A stretch of DNA of 64,000 nt from contig JBHLMN010000001.1 of NCBI GenBank assembly GCA_048938105.1, positions 64,001 through 128,000 on the forward strand. Reading direction: 5' to 3'. A program made the translations under genes and the position numbers. The notes beneath the pieces were generated by a model. It saw only the letters and a program-made list of their open reading frames with translations, did no database searches and had not been told where the DNA came from. Shown here piece after piece: positions 40,214 to 49,654 of this stretch. The DNA comes from Promethearchaeota archaeon. Its GTDB lineage: Archaea; Asgardarchaeota; Heimdallarchaeia; Hodarchaeales; Hodarchaeaceae. Every line of letters begins with the position of its first letter. Positions within the stretch are counted from its first letter, which is position 1.

Positions 40214-41464
40214 ATGTTCGTATCAAAGGGTTTATCAAGTGTCTTTGACCACGAGGGACATGAAATTCATATGTATGATATCTTCAATAGTAAGGGATTT
40301 GGGGTTTTTTCACAAATTGATGGAATAATCAGTAAATACTTCACTATTACGTCTATTTCTTACAAACAAATGGCTCAAACCAAAAGAACTTTACAGGTAG
40401 AAGTCATTCCAGCCTATGAAATACTCCGCCGAAGTGATTTGACGTCTAACATGCAAACAGTTAACCTGGAGCTTAAACAATTAGGTTTCATGCCTCTTTT
40501 GCGTCGTCATCCGAATATTGAATCACGAGGGATGTTGTATGTTTTTCCTATCAGCGATAAAATGAGGACAACAAAACAAAAGCTAACCACTCCTCTTATT
40601 CTCTTTGGACTCACTGTATTATCCGTGTTATTTGTAGGATTTATGAGCTGGGACGTATTACAACAGATTCAACCAGACCTTGATCCCCTTGTTACCAGCC
40701 TCCTGTATACTATTGGTTTAATTGGAATTGTCGGGATTCATGAAGTTGGCCATATGTTTGCATCAAAGATGCATGGAATTAACGCAAGTTGGCCTTATTT
40801 TCTACCCTTTCCTTTTGGTTATGGAACATTTGGAGCTTTTATCTCCCAAAAGACTCCTATAAGATCAAGAAATGATCTCTTTGACGTTGGACTTGCAGGA
40901 CCAATTTTTGGTTTAATTCCCTCTATTTTTTTCACCATTTTAGGTTTAATGATTTCTATTGTTGTTGATAGCTCTCTCATCCCCGAAAATTTTGACAGCT
41001 CCCCATTTGCCTTGGACTTTAGGTTATTTAGTGACACCAGATTCCGAATTCTTCTGTTTGAAGCTCTAGCATCCTTTATAATTCCGAATAAAGGAGGAAA
41101 TACGCAGATTATTCTTCACCCTCTAGCATTTGCAGGATACATCGGCCTTTTAATAACAGGATTGAACTTGATTCCAATTGGTCAACTCGATGGTGGACAT
41201 GTCGCTAGAAGCTTGTTTTCGGAAAATAATCATCGTGTCTTGACTTATATCAGTGCAGGACTGATGATTCTTCTAGGTTTTTGGATGTTTGCGATCCTAA
41301 TCCTCTTAATGTATTCGCAAACAGGTCACGCTGGTCCTCTAGATGACCTTTCTTCCGTCACACTTAGTCGCAAAATTATGGCTGGTTTTTCGATTCTCCT
41401 CGCATTACTATGTTTACCCATTCCTGTTGGAACTTTTAAATTGATTTTTCCTTTTTTCAGCTAA
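40214..41464 (+). CDS. Site-2 protease (M50)
   Basis: HEVGH, GTFGA, AGP, NLIPIGQLDGGH. Confidence 0.93.
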   Translation: MFVSKGLSSVFDHEGHEIHMYDIFNSKGFGVFSQIDGIISKYFTITSISYKQMAQTKRTLQVEVIPAYEILRRSDLTSNMQTVNLELKQLGFMPLLRRHPNIESRGMLYVFPISDKMRTTKQKLTTPLILFGLTVLSVLFVGFMSWDVLQQIQPDLDPLVTSLLYTIGLIGIVGIHEVGHMFASKMHGINASWPYFLPFPFGYGTFGAFISQKTPIRSRNDLFDVGLAGPIFGLIPSIFFTILGLMISIVVDSSLIPENFDSSPFALDFRLFSDTRFRILLFEALASFIIPNKGGNTQIILHPLAFAGYIGLLITGLNLIPIGQLDGGHVARSLFSENNHRVLTYISAGLMILLGFWMFAILILLMYSQTGHAGPLDDLSSVTLSRKIMAGFSILLALLCLPIPVGTFKLIFPFFS

Positions 41465-41480
41465 AATCCAAGGCTAAATT

Positions 41481-43259
41481 TCATAAATCATAGTAATATG
41501 CCTCAATTTCTCGCTGCGCACGGTCTAAACGACTTCCTAACTTGTTCAGTCGTGCACGACCTGTTTCAGGATCACGTCGGAATGTAATGTTAATTCTTTC
41601 CAAAAAATGGTTCAAACCCTCTCTCTTTGAGAAAGGGCCAACAGTGTTTCCAGAATATCCAGGTTCTCCTTCAAACAACAAAATTCTATCAGATAGTGCT
41701 TCTGCAATTTGTATATCATGTTCTATAGCAATACACGCTGCTCTATTCTTAGAAACTATATGCCGAATGACTCGTGTTGCATTCAATCGTTCTTCAACAT
41801 CTAAGAATGCGCTTCCTTCATCAATAATGTATAAATCAGCTTTTTTGCCCAAACAGCCTGCTAGAAAGGTTCGTTGTAGTTCTCCTCCACTTAATGCTCC
41901 TATAGGTTTTTCTAAAAGGTGTGAAATCGAAAAAGGTTTGAGAATATAGAGTTTATATTCATTAGATTCAATAAATGTATTCGAATAACGAGTGAGAAAG
42001 TCACGTACTGTCCCCCTAAATTTTTTATGCAGGAATTGGGGTTTATAGGAAACTTTCGCTGTTTTTAAGGTATTAAATAAATACTGAGCAAATGTAGTTT
42101 TTCCTAATCCATTCTCTCCTAAGACACAAAGAATTCCCCCAAAATGGATAATTCCTTTGGTGGCCGTTAAAGTAAATGAACCCAACTGCTTTGTAAAAGA
42201 TGGATATTCAATACCTGGAACACCATCCCATTGACGCTCTTTAACCACTCGGGTGAAAATAATTTCCTTCCCACGAATCCGAATGTTCTCATCTTTCAAT
42301 TTTCCAATTAAAAAATTATTAATGCCTTTCTTAACTGAATATGACAAGCGAGACATGACACCAAATTTATGTGGTTCGCCATAGAAAATATATATCAAAT
42401 CGCTTTGAAAATCATGGATAGCAATGTCATGTTCAGCAATAAAAACAACTTTTCCTGCTTCAGCTAGTGTATGGAATATCTTAGCCATCTTTATTCGTTG
42501 GCGGAAATCTAGAAAAGTACAGGGTTCATCTATCAGGTAAATGTCAGCATTTTTCAGTAGTGCAATCCCTATCGCTAATCGTTGCAATTCACCTCCCGAC
42601 AATTCTGAAGGAATACGATCTGAAATAGAGTCTAATTCCATTGATTTGATTACTTCCTCTCTCGAAAATAACCCCTCTTGATAACTGGAAGAAATGACCT
42701 CTTGAATTGTATCTGATCTTGTGAGGAGTTCAGTAAACACTTGGGGTTTATATGCAACCGATACGGAAGTTAAATCAGTTAAGAATTGCCGAAAACTGGC
42801 AATGGATAATTGGTCCATAAATTCACGGAAACCATCTTTGGGATTACGAAAATTACCACCATTCAGTTGTTTTCGGCCTGCCAAAATTTCTAATAATGTC
42901 GATTTACCAATACCATTTACACCTAGCAAACCAACAACTTTTCCAGGACTAATTTGGGGCACACCAAAAAAGCGAAAGCCATTTTCACCATAACAATGAA
43001 CTTGAAGACCAGCAGTTTCAGGGCTAGGAAGATTAACAACACTAATCGCGCCTGGAAAGCATTTATTGATACATATACCACAGGTTCCTTTTTTAGCCAT
43101 TAGACATCTTTTATTATTGATGATAGGTTTACCTGTTTGTTTTCGAATGGTAATGACTTTTTTATCTCCCTTTTTTATAAGAGGACAATAATTAAGACAT
43201 GCATATCCACAGAGATCGGGTTTGCATTTGTCGTAATTAAGGTTGATAATTCGGATAAT
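41481..43259 (-). CDS. rli: ABCE1/RLI ribosome-recycling ATPase, N-terminus extended relative to the ORF track
   Basis: Two ABC domains (GVNGIGKST, LSGGELQR twice, TFRRD). The in-frame upstream extension IRIINLNYDKCKPDLCGYACLNYCP completes the Fe-S domain. Confidence 0.9.
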   Translation of the reverse strand: MIRIINLNYDKCKPDLCGYACLNYCPLIKKGDKKVITIRKQTGKPIINNKRCLMAKKGTCGICINKCFPGAISVVNLPSPETAGLQVHCYGENGFRFFGVPQISPGKVVGLLGVNGIGKSTLLEILAGRKQLNGGNFRNPKDGFREFMDQLSIASFRQFLTDLTSVSVAYKPQVFTELLTRSDTIQEVISSSYQEGLFSREEVIKSMELDSISDRIPSELSGGELQRLAIGIALLKNADIYLIDEPCTFLDFRQRIKMAKIFHTLAEAGKVVFIAEHDIAIHDFQSDLIYIFYGEPHKFGVMSRLSYSVKKGINNFLIGKLKDENIRIRGKEIIFTRVVKERQWDGVPGIEYPSFTKQLGSFTLTATKGIIHFGGILCVLGENGLGKTTFAQYLFNTLKTAKVSYKPQFLHKKFRGTVRDFLTRYSNTFIESNEYKLYILKPFSISHLLEKPIGALSGGELQRTFLAGCLGKKADLYIIDEGSAFLDVEERLNATRVIRHIVSKNRAACIAIEHDIQIAEALSDRILLFEGEPGYSGNTVGPFSKREGLNHFLERINITFRRDPETGRARLNKLGSRLDRAQREIEAYYYDL

Positions 43260-43553
43260 AAACCACTCTACCTACATGAATCGATCTATTCATTAGTTTG
43301 TGTTTGTTTGCTGAATAACATTGTTGATTATCAGCAATTTCATGATTATTGAAAATATTATTTCATTGATTATCTGAAAAAATCCAAAGGAATAATTCAA
43401 CAACTTTAAATAATCTCGCTTTGTGGGAGGCATTACACTGTCTTACCCCCAATGGTTGGATAGTACCATTGAAAATGAACATATACACACATTCAAAGAC
43501 AGTCTACTGAAGAATACTAAACATTTCTAATGTAACCAATTACTATCAAAAAC

Positions 43554-44090
43554 ATGGAGAACGATGATCCATTGGAACCAATCGCTCACTTAGAATGGAC
43601 CTTGGGCATAAGTTTAATCTGTTTATCTATATGGAATACCTCAATTGATGCACTAGGACTTCTCTTATTAGCTATTGGATCAGTTTTTCCTGATATATTT
43701 GATTGGGTATTGTTTCGTGGGAAAAGATTCATTCATGGGCATCGTGAATTTTCCCATACCGTCTTTTTTGTGTTTATTCTCCTTATCATCAGTCAAATAA
43801 TCCCTATACTCATCTTCCTAACTTTCGGTTCAATTCTCCATATTCTGGAAGATATCCTTTCAGGAGGCAATCCAGTCTTTCTATTCTCCCCTATAACCCA
43901 CCGAGGGAATATATTGCTTATTAGTAAAGCTCAATCCATTAGAATTGGTGCTTGGTTTAGAAAAGTGATTAAAGGATCTTATATCGGCTCTGAAAATATT
44001 GGGGACGAGCTTTCATGGCTCTGGCTCCTAACAATACTGGGTTCTTGGATTTTGATGTTTGGAGTCTTAGTTTTCTTTGGCTCATTATGA
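43554..44090 (+). CDS. Membrane-bound metal-dependent hydrolase (YdjM-like)
   Basis: GSVFPD, HREFSH, HILED. Confidence 0.75.
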   Translation: MENDDPLEPIAHLEWTLGISLICLSIWNTSIDALGLLLLAIGSVFPDIFDWVLFRGKRFIHGHREFSHTVFFVFILLIISQIIPILIFLTFGSILHILEDILSGGNPVFLFSPITHRGNILLISKAQSIRIGAWFRKVIKGSYIGSENIGDELSWLWLLTILGSWILMFGVLVFFGSL

Positions 44091-44099
44091 TAAAAGAAG

Positions 44100-44636
44100 T
44101 TGAATACAAAAATGGAAGCTTTAAAGCATACGGAGTGGACTCTTGGTGTTATATTTTTTTGGTTTGCCTTTTACAAAGCCCAACTTACCGCAAGTTGGAT
44201 TTTAATAGTACTTGTAAGCAGCCAGCTTCCAGATTTTCTCTCACTATTTTTACGTAACTTAAAACTCCAACCTAAACTGGTTCGTAAGATTACTCATGAT
44301 TATATCTACGTTATTCTACTATGGTTGATTTTTCCGTTTCATATTAATCCAGAAATCAGTTTATTGGCCACGGGGATTGCAATCCATTATGGAGTGGATC
44401 TATTTTCAGGATTAGAACCTATCTATATTGCAGGTTTTCTTTTCGGTGACCACACAGCAGCTCTTTATGTTACTGCAGCTCACAGAATATCTATTGGAAA
44501 ACGAATCGAGGGCTGGGGTTCAAACTACCTAATCACAGAAGTCGAAAAGCCAACTCCAGAATTGGCATGGTTTTGGGTTATGCAATTATCAGGAACCATT
44601 TTTTGCGGTTTAGGAATGATATTCTATTTGCTGTAA
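44100..44636 (+). CDS. Membrane-bound metal-dependent hydrolase paralog
   Basis: HTEWTLG, SQLPD, RKITH, HYGVD; same length (178 aa) as the upstream paralog. Confidence 0.7.
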   Translation: MNTKMEALKHTEWTLGVIFFWFAFYKAQLTASWILIVLVSSQLPDFLSLFLRNLKLQPKLVRKITHDYIYVILLWLIFPFHINPEISLLATGIAIHYGVDLFSGLEPIYIAGFLFGDHTAALYVTAAHRISIGKRIEGWGSNYLITEVEKPTPELAWFWVMQLSGTIFCGLGMIFYLL

Positions 44637-44967
44637 TCAAAATGATGATACCATAACATCTCTTTCAATCGAACTTATGACACGATATCCAGTTATTACC
44701 CAACAGGCAATTTTAATTGAATTAATAGTCACTGTTCAGAATTTAGAACGCGATTTTTTCAACTGTTCTAAAAAATGGCTTCATTAAAGATGTTACTAAC
44801 TGGTATCAACAGATGTAATTCCCCCTTTACTTGTACTGTAGGAAACTAGTAATGAACATCTTCCAAGATATTAAGTTTAATATATGTCTTACTGATATAG
44901 GATGTTGTCTATCCAATCTCCACCTTAAGGAATTTTCGTCAATCTTTCAACCCAATATCGCGGGATT

Positions 44968-47898
44968 ATGAGCCTCATGTCAATCAAATTACTGTTCACA
45001 AAAATCACTAATCATATTTTTCTCACCTATGAGCTCATCATAGGAAATAGAAGACTAATCATACCAACAATGATTGGACTTATAATCGCCTTAACTGTCA
45101 TTTCACAAAGCGGAGTCCTTATTGAGTCCTATCGTCAAGAAATTTTTGAAGAACTCGTCATTGAAGAACTTGAAAACAATTATTATAAATATGGAGAGAG
45201 TGACATTAATATTGATATGTGGCGATGGGAGTACAGTCAATCAGGGGAATCTCACAATATTACTGAGTTTAAATATTATAATACACTCATCAACCAATCA
45301 ATAGATCAGGTGAATTATTCTAATTATATTTCAGACCAGTTTTGGTCCAGTCGGCTTGATACTTTTATTTGGTTAAACAATACAGAGGAGTATCTTGACA
45401 AAGGAATACACACAGAGCAAATACCTCTATACGTTAGTTCTAGCCCCGATTTTTATTCAGCACTCGAAAATATTCTGAGTTTGACAGGTAATGGTCGACT
45501 CCCTAATAATTCCTCTGAAATTGTTTTAATCCGCCCAAAACGAGATCCTAAAGACGAATACTACGAAATGGAATATAAAAGATATGAAAATGTTACATTA
45601 GGAGCAAAGGTAAATATTACCTTAAATCCAGATTATCGTGAGGGAGGCCTAAACAAGACTGTAAAAATAGTTGGTTTAATGGAACATTCACTAAATTATG
45701 ATGATTATACTGATAATGGCACTTCATTGCTCAGAGAATATTTCATGTGGCTATGGGGCTATTTTTTTATTACTCAACCTAATTTTTTAGACCAAACCTT
45801 CAAAGATCTTTCCAATCCCTTTGCGGATCCTAATATGGATACTAGGGGGAAAATTTATCTCGATAAAACGCGTTTTGACGCATATAATATTAATATTGAA
45901 ATTAATAAACTACAAGACTTTATTCGGGCATTAGAATGGCAATTCCAATCTTATTCTCCGTGGCTTTATTCAAGACTTCTAGAGAAAATGAGGGCCTATG
46001 AAACCAGTATATTTTCATTACTCATTACAATGATGTTGTTAAGCTCTCCTGTTCTCTGTATCGCTCTATATTTAGTAGTTTATTCATTTGGTCTCATCAG
46101 AAAACAAAAACAAGAACAGATTGGTATTATAAAAACACGGGGAGGATCGTGGTTACAGACATTGATAATTTTGCTTGGTGAAATGATTATTTCGACGATT
46201 CTGGCTGTTTTTATTGGATTTTTACTTAGTACATTCTTGGCAGATATTGTATTACGTTCAACAAATTATTTAGAATTCCTAGGAGTACAAACCCCAGTCC
46301 AAATAACCATTGGAATGATTCAAGCACTATTTTTATGGGGAATATTCTTTGCTCTCATCCTTAATCTTCGGAATATTATTCGAATGAGTCGTCAAGATAT
46401 TTCAGAAACTTTAGAACCAACTGAAACCCAAAATCCAGTTTGGAAACGATATTATCTCGACATAATAATTTTTGTTATTGGTACCGCTGCTTGGGTTATT
46501 CTTATGACTCTGATTCGGTCGGGGGGTGAAATAGTAACACCAGAATTCTACATAATATATATTTTAATCTCATTGCTAGGAATTCCAGCCCCATTCCTCA
46601 TGTTTTTCGGTACAATCATGGTAATCGCACGGTTTTTCCCTTATATTATGAAAAAGATCGCGGAAATTCTCTGGCGATTAGAAGGTGGAATCAATGCTTT
46701 TTCCATTCGAAATATTGTTAGACATAAACAGGCTGCAAACCGTGCGGTACTTCTCATTACTCTTGCGCTATCATTTTCGATTCTTTCCTCTTCACTAATC
46801 TTCTCAGTCGATGAGACAGAACGTCTGAAAAGCTATTACGACGTAGGCGCCGATTTATCTATCTCTATGGGAGTTTCGTTAAATACTACAGTGTTAAAAA
46901 ACCTTGAACAGAACGTTTCCCATCTGAAAAGCATTTCAGGCGTGTACTCGACCTATCATTACTCATCTGGTGATTACAGTCCAACGCGATCTTATCAATT
47001 TATGTTTGTAGATCCCTCCACATATGCAAATACTGCTTTTGAAAATCCAAGCTTCAAGTTGAGCAGCTCATTGCCTAGTCTTATGGAACAACTTGAAGAT
47101 AATAATACAGTGATTCTCTACAAAGGAAATCTGGAAGCTGATCTTTCAAAACCAAAGATTGGGGATAATATTGAGCTGCAGTTTAGTAATGATACTCATT
47201 CTGAACAGCTCTCATTCCGTGTCGGAGGGACGTTCAAGTACTGGCCCACTATGTTCCCATACGAGTGGGAGGACCCTGCATATAATTTTTGGGGCATTGG
47301 TAGTTTAGGAATGTTTGAGAAATTAAACCGATTGAATTATTTTAGTTCAATTGAAGCCACTTATCAAGCAAAGATTGACTCACTCAATAACATTGAAAAG
47401 ACTGTAGAAAGAATATACAATGTTACAGGTATCACTCCCAGTTCTCCCGCTCTCTCTTACAAGGAATATAAAACAAGCTTTGAACGACGTTTTACGCTTT
47501 CGATACTTAATTCCGATTTAGTTGTCTGTTTTGCAGTAGCAGTGATTGGTGTAATCATGTTTGCATTCTTTACTTACGTTGAGCGTGGTAAAGAGATTGG
47601 AGTAGAACGAGCTCTGGGGATGACTCAGTTTCAAACAGCGCAATCGTTTTTAGTAGAAGCTGCCACGATCCTATCTTTTGGTTGTATTATAGGATACATT
47701 ACTGGAGTATACTTTGTTACGATGTTTTTGCAAATAATACAACTTGGAGAATCAATCCCGCCATTAGCAGTCACTTATCCTACAGCGTTTTTAATCCAGA
47801 TATTACTGGGAATCATTATTAGTGCTGGGATTGGAACCATCATCCCAGCATATATTGCCACGCGAAAAGATATCAGCCGGATATTAAAGGTGGAATGA
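44968..47898 (+). CDS. FtsX/MacB-like ABC permease
   Basis: EQIGIIKTRG and ER.KEIGVERALG FtsX motifs; two large extracellular domains. Confidence 0.88.
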   Translation: MSLMSIKLLFTKITNHIFLTYELIIGNRRLIIPTMIGLIIALTVISQSGVLIESYRQEIFEELVIEELENNYYKYGESDINIDMWRWEYSQSGESHNITEFKYYNTLINQSIDQVNYSNYISDQFWSSRLDTFIWLNNTEEYLDKGIHTEQIPLYVSSSPDFYSALENILSLTGNGRLPNNSSEIVLIRPKRDPKDEYYEMEYKRYENVTLGAKVNITLNPDYREGGLNKTVKIVGLMEHSLNYDDYTDNGTSLLREYFMWLWGYFFITQPNFLDQTFKDLSNPFADPNMDTRGKIYLDKTRFDAYNINIEINKLQDFIRALEWQFQSYSPWLYSRLLEKMRAYETSIFSLLITMMLLSSPVLCIALYLVVYSFGLIRKQKQEQIGIIKTRGGSWLQTLIILLGEMIISTILAVFIGFLLSTFLADIVLRSTNYLEFLGVQTPVQITIGMIQALFLWGIFFALILNLRNIIRMSRQDISETLEPTETQNPVWKRYYLDIIIFVIGTAAWVILMTLIRSGGEIVTPEFYIIYILISLLGIPAPFLMFFGTIMVIARFFPYIMKKIAEILWRLEGGINAFSIRNIVRHKQAANRAVLLITLALSFSILSSSLIFSVDETERLKSYYDVGADLSISMGVSLNTTVLKNLEQNVSHLKSISGVYSTYHYSSGDYSPTRSYQFMFVDPSTYANTAFENPSFKLSSSLPSLMEQLEDNNTVILYKGNLEADLSKPKIGDNIELQFSNDTHSEQLSFRVGGTFKYWPTMFPYEWEDPAYNFWGIGSLGMFEKLNRLNYFSSIEATYQAKIDSLNNIEKTVERIYNVTGITPSSPALSYKEYKTSFERRFTLSILNSDLVVCFAVAVIGVIMFAFFTYVERGKEIGVERALGMTQFQTAQSFLVEAATILSFGCIIGYITGVYFVTMFLQIIQLGESIPPLAVTYPTAFLIQILLGIIISAGIGTIIPAYIATRKDISRILKVE

Positions 47899-47902
47899 TT
47901 AC

Positions 47903-48778
47903 ATGGCTTTCCTTGAATGTCAAGATCTGATAAAATTATATGTCGACGAACAGAGTAAAATTCAAGTCCCTGCTTTACGGGGGATTGAACTCTCTGCCAA
48001 TGAAGGAGATTTGATCGCAATCATTGGTCCTAGTGGATCCGGAAAAAGTACATTAGTAAACTTAATTGGTGGAATCGATCGCCCATCTTCGGGAGACATT
48101 ATCTTAGGAGACAGTATCATAACTAAGATGACCACTCGACAATTGACAAAGTATAGACGCCATCGAGTGGGTTTCTTATATCAGCTCCCTGAACGCAATC
48201 TAATTTGGAACTTATCTGCTTTGAAAAACGTAATGTTGCCAATGAAGCTCGCAGGATTACTAACTTATGGAGAACAGAAGAAACGAGCGCATTTATTATT
48301 AAAAGATGTAGGTTTAGAAGGGCGTACAAACCATAAACCATCTCAGCTATCTGGAGGGGAAGCCCAGCGCGCTGGGATTGCTGTGGCTCTAGCGAATGAT
48401 CCAGATATTGTGTTAGCAGACGAACCAACAGGGGAACTTGACAGTGTAACGACATTTAAAATCATTGATTATTTTAAATCACTCAACGAAAATCTTGGAA
48501 AAACCTTTATTGTCGTCACACATGATAATAGATTTGCTAACATGACAGATAAAGCATTACGAATCTTAGATGGTAGAATAGTAGGCTTACATCGTGCAAT
48601 AGACCCCACAAAATCACTCGCGACTCGCGAAGAAGTGATATTCGTTGATGATCATGGTAACCTACGACTCCCAGATGTAATCCGCCGCCAAGCAGGAATC
48701 AAAAACCACATTCAAATAGAAATGCGAGATGGATTTGCTACTCTCATTCCCGTTCGAGGTGACCTTAGAAGTGAGTAA
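47903..48778 (+). CDS. LolD/MacB-type ABC ATPase with C-terminal AbrB-like domain
   Basis: [22 protein letters not shown]; tail VDDHGNLRLP. Confidence 0.9.
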   Translation: MAFLECQDLIKLYVDEQSKIQVPALRGIELSANEGDLIAIIGPSGSGKSTLVNLIGGIDRPSSGDIILGDSIITKMTTRQLTKYRRHRVGFLYQLPERNLIWNLSALKNVMLPMKLAGLLTYGEQKKRAHLLLKDVGLEGRTNHKPSQLSGGEAQRAGIAVALANDPDIVLADEPTGELDSVTTFKIIDYFKSLNENLGKTFIVVTHDNRFANMTDKALRILDGRIVGLHRAIDPTKSLATREEVIFVDDHGNLRLPDVIRRQAGIKNHIQIEMRDGFATLIPVRGDLRSE

Positions 48779-49469
48779 AGAGAACTTATCGATTATTGAA
48801 CTAGAGAACGTAAATCAAAGGTATACTCTTGGAAGTCACACCATTGATGCTCTTAATAACATAAACTTATCTATATTCGAAGAAGAATTCATCATGATAA
48901 TGGGGCCTTCTGGGAGTGGTAAATCTACGCTTATAAATGTGATGGCTGGCCTCGAACAACCCTCTGCGGGTACTGTTCGTATTCATGATGAAGATCTGTC
49001 AACTCTTAGTGATCGTGAACTGTGTAATCTGCGACGTCATAAGTTAGGCTTCGTTTTTCAATTTTTCAATCTCCATCCTGTCCTAAATGCGATCGAAAAT
49101 GTAGAACTGCCTATGCTAATCAGTGGAGTCAAACGAAATCAACGTGAACCACGTGCTTTAGAACTATTAAGACTAGTAAATCTTGAAAATCGAAAGCATC
49201 ATCTCCCACATGAACTTTCAGGTGGAGAAAAACAAAGGGTTGGTATCGCACGGTCTCTAGCTAATGACCCCGAAGTGATTCTGGCTGATGAACCCACAGG
49301 AGATCTAGATTCGGCGATAGGGAATGAAATTATGACTTTACTAAGGGATCTCAACCAAACTCATAGAAAAACAATCGTCTGTGTTACCCATGACGAGGAG
49401 ATGCTAAAACCAGGTATGCGCCTAATAAAAATGGAGGATGGGCGTATTATTTCTGATTCTCACTTGTGA
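48729..49469 (+). CDS. LolD/MacB-type ABC ATPase
   Basis: [25 protein letters not shown]. True start probably GTG near 48771. Confidence 0.9.
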   Translation: MDLLLSFPFEVTLEVSKENLSIIELENVNQRYTLGSHTIDALNNINLSIFEEEFIMIMGPSGSGKSTLINVMAGLEQPSAGTVRIHDEDLSTLSDRELCNLRRHKLGFVFQFFNLHPVLNAIENVELPMLISGVKRNQREPRALELLRLVNLENRKHHLPHELSGGEKQRVGIARSLANDPEVILADEPTGDLDSAIGNEIMTLLRDLNQTHRKTIVCVTHDEEMLKPGMRLIKMEDGRIISDSHL

Positions 49470-49654
49470 GAACCTCCCCCAACAACCCTAAACACTTCCT
49501 TGATTCCTACTATTGATGAAATTATATTGCTTATCAATTTACTCTTGAAGTTCTCATTCCGATAATGATTTCAAGAAATCCATAAGCATATTGTTATAAA
49601 GAGTATCCTCACGAAATTATCCAAATAGTCGCGATTCAATGGTGATAAAAACTC

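Noticed and set aside
43340-43378. SECIS-like ATGA...GA hairpin
   Set aside because: Helix length is wrong and no in-frame TGA selenoprotein was seen nearby; the FrhB protein uses Cys.
43465-43520. Hammerhead ribozyme (GAAA...TTC...CTGAAGA)
   Set aside because: Core nucleotides are present, but stems I and II cannot pair next to the core.
47903-48778. AbrB-like tail on ABC ATPases (also 61937-62896) as a novelty
   Set aside because: This architecture is already familiar in LolD-like ATPases.
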